DNA of 64,000 nucleotides from Armatimonadota bacterium (GTDB lineage Bacteria; Armatimonadota; UBA5829; DSUL01): NCBI GenBank assembly GCA_039811685.1, contig JBDHZC010000004.1, positions 274,745 to 338,744 of the forward strand, read 5' to 3'. Shown piece by piece: positions 58,020 to 64,000 of this stretch (position 1 is its first letter; each line of letters starts with the position of its first letter). The notes under the pieces were generated by a model. It saw only the letters and a program-made list of their open reading frames with translations, ran no database searches and was not told where the DNA came from. The position numbers and the translations under genes were made by a program.

Positions 58020-60227
58020 ATGAAAACAATGCGCTCCATTGCGCTTGCACTCTTTGGTGCGATCGCTCTGGCTGGTGCGAGCGTACAGGCTGGCGCTCAA
58101 AATCTCATTGTTAACGGGGACATGGAAGGCGCGTGGACCAGCGGTGGCACGTACACTGTAGGCCATCCGGTCAACCCCGTTATTGACGGGTGCTATCCTA
58201 CGGGTTGGACACCGTGGACAGAGCCCTATGACGGTATTCCTGTCGCACAGAAAGTTGATCCTCAATTCCGCAACTCAGGGCTGGACTGCCAACCTGATCC
58301 GAATCAGAATCACTACCAGCGTCTGGTTCGTGGGTTTAGCAGTACGGTGAAGTCCAGAGGCGGTCTGATGCAGACAGTCCAGACGACACCGGGACAGGAC
58401 TATGATCTGGACGTTCAGATGAAAGTCTACGGTAATAGTCCGGACAAAGTCCATGGCTTTATCGGCTACGACCTCACCGGACAGGCAACAGACGGGTTGG
58501 CGCCGACTATCATCTGGACTCCACTTTACGCAGTGCCGGAGAACGATACGTGGAACCAGTTCTCGTTCCGATTCACCGCTCTGAGCAATCTCAACGGGGA
58601 CAAGACCAGTATCTGGCTGATGATGACGTTGCCTGTTGACGGCGCTGGGTGGGTGGACGTAGACAACGTGTCCGTCACTCCGGCTACCACCGCACTTCTG
58701 ACTGTGACCGACGGTCCATACGCCAGCAGATTATCGGACTCCAGTTACGAGGTCACCTGGACGACAAATCTAGGATCGGACTCGACTGTTCAGTACGGTG
58801 AAAACAAACCAGATAACGACATTAAAGTGACTCCGCAGGAGCCCATTTATGCAAGTTCCGTCAGTGAGTCTGGATTGACACTGACTCACTCTGTTGTCAT
58901 TACAGGTCTGTTGCCGAACAAGACCTACCACTATCGCATAAAGAGCTCTGCCCCAGGCGCTAAGACAGTCACCACAGTAGACCATACGTTCGCTACGCCC
59001 GGGCCAGCAAACGCCACGTTCCAGAACGGTGATTTCGAGATCACCAATCCGCCTTCCCCGCCGGCCGCTGACGGTCAGACTGCGGTTGGCTGGACAACCT
59101 ACACGCTCGATCCTCTCCAGCCTGGAGTTGGCGGCTTTGAAGACAATGACGGAATCGTGACTTACGGCGCCGGTCAGTTCGGTTACTGGCATGGGATCGT
59201 CAAGGCCCAAAGCGGCAACAATTTTGTGATGGCCGCAGGTAACTGGACTAAGAAGAACGGTGGCTTCATGCAGCGTGTCAGGGTTACGCCAGGTCAGACG
59301 TACACCCTTTCCGGGTATATTGCGACTTACAACTCCGGGTCGAAGCCGGATGATACTCGCGTGTGGGTAGGCATTGACCCCAACGGCGGTGTTGACGCGA
59401 CCAATCCGGGCATTGCCTGGAATGACGAAGCCGAGCGGCACAGTGCCAATACAATTCCTGCTGCCTGGATTGCGACTTCTGCCAGCACTGTAGCGACTGC
59501 TGACGTCATTACAGTCTTTGTGCGCTTTGAACAGAAGTGGGCTCTGACCCTCAACATGACGTTCGCGGACAACTTCACACTGCAGGGCCCTCCGGGACAA
59601 GCTGACGAAGTCGCCAATATCGGCGCGGCGAAAGACCTGCAGGACGGCACTCTGGCAAAGATCACTGACGGGATGATTGTCACTCTTGTCGCCAACTATC
59701 CCGAGACAGGTCTGTTCTACATACAGGATCCCGAAGGCAATGCGGGTATCCGCGTCGAGACCAACGGCGCGGTTCCTGCTGTGGGAGACAAAGTGCTTGT
59801 GCAGGGTATTCTGGGCACCAATCCAAACGGTGAGCGCGTGTTGCGTGACGCAGTTGTCACTCCCAACGGAACCGGGACGACCGTAGTCCGGACCATGGCC
59901 AACAAGAGCGTCGGTGGTGCTGGCTACATAGACGCCAACCTCGGTCTGGATACACAGGGCCTGCTAGTTCGGGTGTTTGGTCAGCTTGCAAAGTTCGACG
60001 TCCTGAATGACTATATGATCATCAACGACGGCAGCAACGTTAACGCGCTGGAGCAGGATGGTACTCTGGGCCTGAAGGTGGTTCACACGGGCTACTTCCC
60101 TGGCTCGCTGGACGAGTATCTGTCTGTGACCGGAGTTATCACGTCTGAGAAAATCAACGGTCAAAACATCAGAGTCATCCGCGGACGCGACGGTCTGTTC
60201 CCAACGGACGTGGTTAATCTCAACTAG
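58020..60227 (+). CDS. Secreted protein: CBM-like + FN3 + CBM-like + shared C-terminal domain (paralog A)
   Basis: Signal ..AGA-QN; LIVNGDME, GLLPNKTYHYRI, FQNGDFE, GIDPNGG.D; no catalytic motif seen. Confidence 0.8.
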   Translation: MKTMRSIALALFGAIALAGASVQAGAQNLIVNGDMEGAWTSGGTYTVGHPVNPVIDGCYPTGWTPWTEPYDGIPVAQKVDPQFRNSGLDCQPDPNQNHYQRLVRGFSSTVKSRGGLMQTVQTTPGQDYDLDVQMKVYGNSPDKVHGFIGYDLTGQATDGLAPTIIWTPLYAVPENDTWNQFSFRFTALSNLNGDKTSIWLMMTLPVDGAGWVDVDNVSVTPATTALLTVTDGPYASRLSDSSYEVTWTTNLGSDSTVQYGENKPDNDIKVTPQEPIYASSVSESGLTLTHSVVITGLLPNKTYHYRIKSSAPGAKTVTTVDHTFATPGPANATFQNGDFEITNPPSPPAADGQTAVGWTTYTLDPLQPGVGGFEDNDGIVTYGAGQFGYWHGIVKAQSGNNFVMAAGNWTKKNGGFMQRVRVTPGQTYTLSGYIATYNSGSKPDDTRVWVGIDPNGGVDATNPGIAWNDEAERHSANTIPAAWIATSASTVATADVITVFVRFEQKWALTLNMTFADNFTLQGPPGQADEVANIGAAKDLQDGTLAKITDGMIVTLVANYPETGLFYIQDPEGNAGIRVETNGAVPAVGDKVLVQGILGTNPNGERVLRDAVVTPNGTGTTVVRTMANKSVGGAGYIDANLGLDTQGLLVRVFGQLAKFDVLNDYMIINDGSNVNALEQDGTLGLKVVHTGYFPGSLDEYLSVTGVITSEKINGQNIRVIRGRDGLFPTDVVNLN

Positions 60228-60279
60228 TAAGGCCTAACAAAACAACAGGTGCTTCGTTCGCATAAGCTGCGGAGCCCCG

Positions 60280-60320
60280 AGCGGGGAGTATCTGAACTGG
60301 ATCCTCCCCGCTATTTTTTT
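60280..60320 (+). terminator. Rho-independent terminator
   Basis: AGCGGGGAG..CTCCCCGCT followed by AT7. Confidence 0.8.
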
Positions 60321-60459
60321 GTTCGCTCAAGCCTGTGCATTCTGTGTGTTGGGTGTGGTCCGCGGTGTAATCTGAGAGCTTGACCGTGAGGTACTACGCC
60401 CGCATATCCATACGCCAGACGGAAAAGCGAGAATTGATGGTCTTTATGGTTTCTACTCC

Positions 60460-60488
60460 TTGACTCGATCTCTTACGTGTGCTACTCT
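60460..60488 (+). promoter_or_regulatory. Candidate sigma70 promoter for the PEP-CTERM gene
   Basis: TTGACT-17 nt-TACTCT with extended -10 TG. Confidence 0.55.
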
Positions 60489-60650
60489 GGAGGAGAAGTT
60501 CCTCCACGATTTTGTGGCGTGAAGGCCTCAGTGGGTTTCCAGTGGTGGGCTTCAGACTGTTGCGTCGCACGTATTGTTGACGCAGCTCATTCGTTTCGCA
60601 GATATTAGGCCTCTGAAGAGCCTGAGTCTGAGACTGGAAGGAGAAAACTA

Positions 60651-61289
60651 ATGAAACAGTTGATCGCCATTCTGGCGGCTTTGAGCGTTGCAACCAGCGC
60701 GCACGCGCTGCCGTTAGTCAACCCTGGCTTTGATGATGGTACCTACAACGGCTGGTACACCATGGCGCCTCCGGGAATGGACCCGCCGTACCCTGGTGAT
60801 GGAAACAACTTCTTTGGCGTGCTGTCTCACGACGGCAGCCCGAGGATTGGTGGTTCGGCGGCAAGCTATGGCGCCCTGAATCCTATTATTGCTCAGCCGT
60901 TTGCACAGCCCGCGAACTCTGAGATTGAAGTTTCCGGCTGGGCGTGGGCAAGAAATCTTCAGAACAACGACTACGCGGACCCAATTGGGACTCAGGTGCA
61001 TCTCGGGTACGATCCCACTGGCGGTAGCGATCCCAACAGCGCAAATGTCATTTGGGACTTCATCCTGGCGGCTGATAGCGACTGGCACAGGCTCTCGGTC
61101 ACTGCTAATAGTGGCGGGAGCACACAGGGAACGGTGTACTGGAAAGTGGTCAACCAGTGGGCGCTGCAGTTCAACGTCACGTACTTCGATGATACGCAGG
61201 CTAACGTAGTCCCTGAGCCCAGCAGCGTTCTGGCAATGGCGAGCGGACTGCTTGGAATGGCAGGGCTGGCCTTCCGCAAGCGCGGTTAG
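60651..61289 (+). CDS. PEP-CTERM protein with one CBM-like domain homologous to its neighbours
   Basis: Signal peptide; LVNPGFD, GYDPTGGSDP..VIW, QWALQFNVTYFDD; VPEPSSVLAMASGLLGMAGLAFRKRG. Confidence 0.88.
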   Translation: MKQLIAILAALSVATSAHALPLVNPGFDDGTYNGWYTMAPPGMDPPYPGDGNNFFGVLSHDGSPRIGGSAASYGALNPIIAQPFAQPANSEIEVSGWAWARNLQNNDYADPIGTQVHLGYDPTGGSDPNSANVIWDFILAADSDWHRLSVTANSGGSTQGTVYWKVVNQWALQFNVTYFDDTQANVVPEPSSVLAMASGLLGMAGLAFRKRG

Positions 61290-61375
61290 TCTTGTGAGTA
61301 TCCCTTAGCTCCGGTCTGTTCGGAGTAGCTGGGGCTGATAGACGACGCACATTGTCAGCTCCAAACCCAAGTCAC

Positions 61376-61419
61376 GCAGCCGGACTGTCTTTCCGAAGGT
61401 AGTCCGGCTGCCTTTTTTT
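61376..61419 (+). terminator. Rho-independent terminator
   Basis: GCAGCCGGACT..AGTCCGGCTGC followed by T7. Confidence 0.85.
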
Positions 61420-61637
61420 CAGGATGCTCTTACCTGTGAACCTCGACAACAACAGGCGGATTTCAAATACATAGTGAAGTCCTATGCTGTGTATTCGTGC
61501 GAGGTGTCCGGGACTCAGGATTCAAAATGGCTTGATGACGGCTGGCGTTGACGCCAGCTCTGGCAGCGATGTCGCATCGGGCGGTGTCGTAGAGCATGAA
61601 GTCGGTAGAATATCGGGAAAGGGAAAGGAAAGCGGCT

Positions 61638-63860
61638 ATGAAAGCAATGCATTCCATTGCGATTGCACTCATTAGCGCAGCCATTGTGGCCGGCGCTGGG
61701 GTGCAATCTAGCGCTCAAAACCTCATTGTCAATGGGGACATGGAAGGTGCGTGGACGACTGGCGGAACATACACAGTTGGTAGTCAGATTGGTGAGACGA
61801 TCGACGGGTGTTATGCGACCGGCTGGACTCCGTGGAACCAGTGGATCATTCCAGAGCCTGGAGATCTGGATCACGTGCCGGTAGATCTAAAGTTCACCGA
61901 TGAAGATGAGGACTGTGGAAATACTCCAACCCAGAATCATTTTCAGCGATTTACCTGTGACCTGATTAGCCCTTACCAGATGGTAAGAGGTGGATTTGTG
62001 CAGGCTGTGCCAACTACGCCGGGACAGGACTACGATTTTGATGCGCAGGTTCGTATCAACGGTGGTCTGGTTCAGAGCCTCATTGGTTATGACCTGACCG
62101 GGCAGGCGACTGACCCCCTCGCGGAGACTATTGTGTGGCTGCCTGATTACATTCCGGCGCTTGCGACCTGGGAACAGTACTCTATGCATTTTACTGCCAT
62201 CGCAAATGACAACGGAAACAAGACCAGTGTCTGGATCAAGTACACAATTCCGTGGGGTGGCACCGGATCGATGGATCTGGACAACGTTGCGGTGACTGCA
62301 ACGACGGGCGACTATCTCACCATAACGGATGGCCCGTATGCGAACCGTCTGTCTGATACCAGCTATGAAATAGTCTGGACTACCAATGTCGGCGCTGATT
62401 CGACAGTCCAGTTTGGTGAGAATAAGCCGGACAACGACAGTAAACTGAATCCGCAGGAGCCGGCCTATGAAGCTTCTATAACTGAGAGCGGAGTCACGCA
62501 GACGCACTCAGTCGTTTTATCTGGCTTGAAAGCTACTCAGGCCTACCATTATCGAGTGAAGAGTTCTCGCGCTGGATCGAAGACAACCTATAGCCTGGAC
62601 AATATCCTGGTCACTCCAGACACTGCTAACGCCGTGTTTCAAAACGGCGATTTCGAGATTACAGATCCTCCTTCACCTCCTCCCAGTTACGGTCAGACTG
62701 CGGTAGGTTGGAAGAAGTTCTCCATCCCGCCTGGAGAAGCAGGTGTTGGTGGAATGGAGGAGGGTGACGGCATCGTCACCTATGGCGCCAATCAGTTCGG
62801 CTATTGGAATGGGTTTGCGAAGGCGCAACACGGAAATAACTTTATCGCTTCCGTCAGTAGCTGGGGGACCAAGAACGGTGGATTCCTGCAGCGAGTGAGT
62901 GTCACTCCCGGCGCGGACTATACGTTCTCTGGTTACATTGGTAGTCACGCCTTCAGCGCGCAGTGGCCGGTAGATCCTTCTGACGCCAATGTGTGGGTCG
63001 GCATTGATCCCCATGGCGGTATTGATCCAACTAATCCGGGCGTTGTCTGGAACGATCCAAACGAAAGATTCGGTAATAACGCCGCGCCGGTCGTTTATAC
63101 CCCGACATCCGTTACTGCGACGGCCGCTTCAAACGTTATTACTCTGTTCGTTCGCTTCGAGCAGCGTTGGGCTTTTCAATGGAATATCAATATCGCGGAC
63201 AACTTCACCCTACAGGGACCTCCTGGAGCCTCCGTTCAGGTGCCCAATATCGGGGTAGCAAAAGAGCAACCCGACGGCTTGCTCTTGGATATCACAAACG
63301 GCATGATCGTCACTCTTGTGGCGAACTATCCTGAGACGGGTCTGTTCTACATGCAGGACGCCGAGGGCAATTCTGGTATCCGCGTTGAGACGGGTGGCAC
63401 GGTGCCGGCGGTCGGTGACAAGGTGCTGGTGAAGGGCGTTCTGGGTACAAACCCGAATGGTGAGCGCGTTATTCGTGATGCAATTGTTACGCCCAATGGC
63501 ACGGGTGCCACAGTCGTTCGTACAATGGCGAACAAGAGCGTCGGAGGCGCTGGCTATGTTGACGCCAACCTCGGGCTTGGCACTCAGGGCCTTTTGGTCC
63601 GCGTGTTCGGGCAGCTTCAGAAATTCGATATCGTGAATGACTTCCTGATCATCAACGATGGCAGCAACGTCAATCCGTTGGAACAGGACGGCACTCTGGG
63701 TCTCAAGGTCGTCCACACGGGCTACTTCCCTGGCTCATTGGATGAGTATCTGGCGGTAACAGGTGTTGTGGCTTCTGAGCAGATCAATGGCCAGAACATC
63801 CGTGTCATCCGCGGACGCGACAGCCTGTTCCCGAGCGATGTAGTGAATCTCAAGCTGTAG
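61638..63860 (+). CDS. Secreted protein: CBM-like + FN3 + CBM-like + shared C-terminal domain (paralog B)
   Basis: Colinear with 58020..60227 over its full length; similar AAAGGAAA RBS context. Confidence 0.8.
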   Translation: MKAMHSIAIALISAAIVAGAGVQSSAQNLIVNGDMEGAWTTGGTYTVGSQIGETIDGCYATGWTPWNQWIIPEPGDLDHVPVDLKFTDEDEDCGNTPTQNHFQRFTCDLISPYQMVRGGFVQAVPTTPGQDYDFDAQVRINGGLVQSLIGYDLTGQATDPLAETIVWLPDYIPALATWEQYSMHFTAIANDNGNKTSVWIKYTIPWGGTGSMDLDNVAVTATTGDYLTITDGPYANRLSDTSYEIVWTTNVGADSTVQFGENKPDNDSKLNPQEPAYEASITESGVTQTHSVVLSGLKATQAYHYRVKSSRAGSKTTYSLDNILVTPDTANAVFQNGDFEITDPPSPPPSYGQTAVGWKKFSIPPGEAGVGGMEEGDGIVTYGANQFGYWNGFAKAQHGNNFIASVSSWGTKNGGFLQRVSVTPGADYTFSGYIGSHAFSAQWPVDPSDANVWVGIDPHGGIDPTNPGVVWNDPNERFGNNAAPVVYTPTSVTATAASNVITLFVRFEQRWAFQWNINIADNFTLQGPPGASVQVPNIGVAKEQPDGLLLDITNGMIVTLVANYPETGLFYMQDAEGNSGIRVETGGTVPAVGDKVLVKGVLGTNPNGERVIRDAIVTPNGTGATVVRTMANKSVGGAGYVDANLGLGTQGLLVRVFGQLQKFDIVNDFLIINDGSNVNPLEQDGTLGLKVVHTGYFPGSLDEYLAVTGVVASEQINGQNIRVIRGRDSLFPSDVVNLKL

Positions 63861-63912
63861 TATCAAGAGACAAGAAAACCGCTCTTTGATCGCAGGTCAA
63901 AGAGTCTGTCTC

Positions 63913-63947
63913 ACGGGGAGGATCTGGTTCAGGTTCTCCCCGTTTTT
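63913..63947 (+). terminator. Rho-independent terminator
   Basis: ACGGGGAG..CTCCCCGT followed by T run; similar to the 60280 terminator. Confidence 0.8.
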
Positions 63948-64000
63948 CCGTCTGGGAACGGACCGCCTGGCGCGCAAGCTTTCTCTCAGATGTCCACGGC

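Noticed and set aside
1..64000. CRISPR arrays, tRNA/rRNA, IS elements, prophage
   Set aside because: No spaced direct repeats, cloverleafs, transposase or integrase seen; phage-like motifs are confined to domains inside one enzyme.

Overview
Bacterial chromosomal window, no RNA genes, CRISPR array or mobile element that I can support. The gene mix ([15 protein letters not shown] ClpC, PEP-CTERM proteins, DUF1559/H-X9-DG prepilin-like proteins, many secreted glycoside hydrolases) suggests Armatimonadota, which is an inference. The first 15 kb is mostly housekeeping (ilvE, clpC, radA, nadC, birA, gpmA) plus an atypical RecQ-PRTase fusion next to dprA. The rest is a polysaccharide-utilisation and secretome region. 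Main observation: six secreted proteins with several different passenger domains all end in the same ~165-210 aa C-terminal domain (two OB-fold-like repeats). In two loci a small PEP-CTERM gene lies between two such genes, and in one of them it shares their passenger domain. This points to a possible uncharacterised sorting or surface-anchoring module. Also notable: an RqlHI/ShosTA-like RecQ-PRTase + DprA pair, a GH-A barrel split by a phage-baseplate-like insert, a repeated 'GSEL' domain in a starch locus, and a triple pilin-like-domain protein. All family calls are motif recognition by eye; no searches were run. Several starts were moved from the ORF track to the codon with the best RBS or signal peptide.
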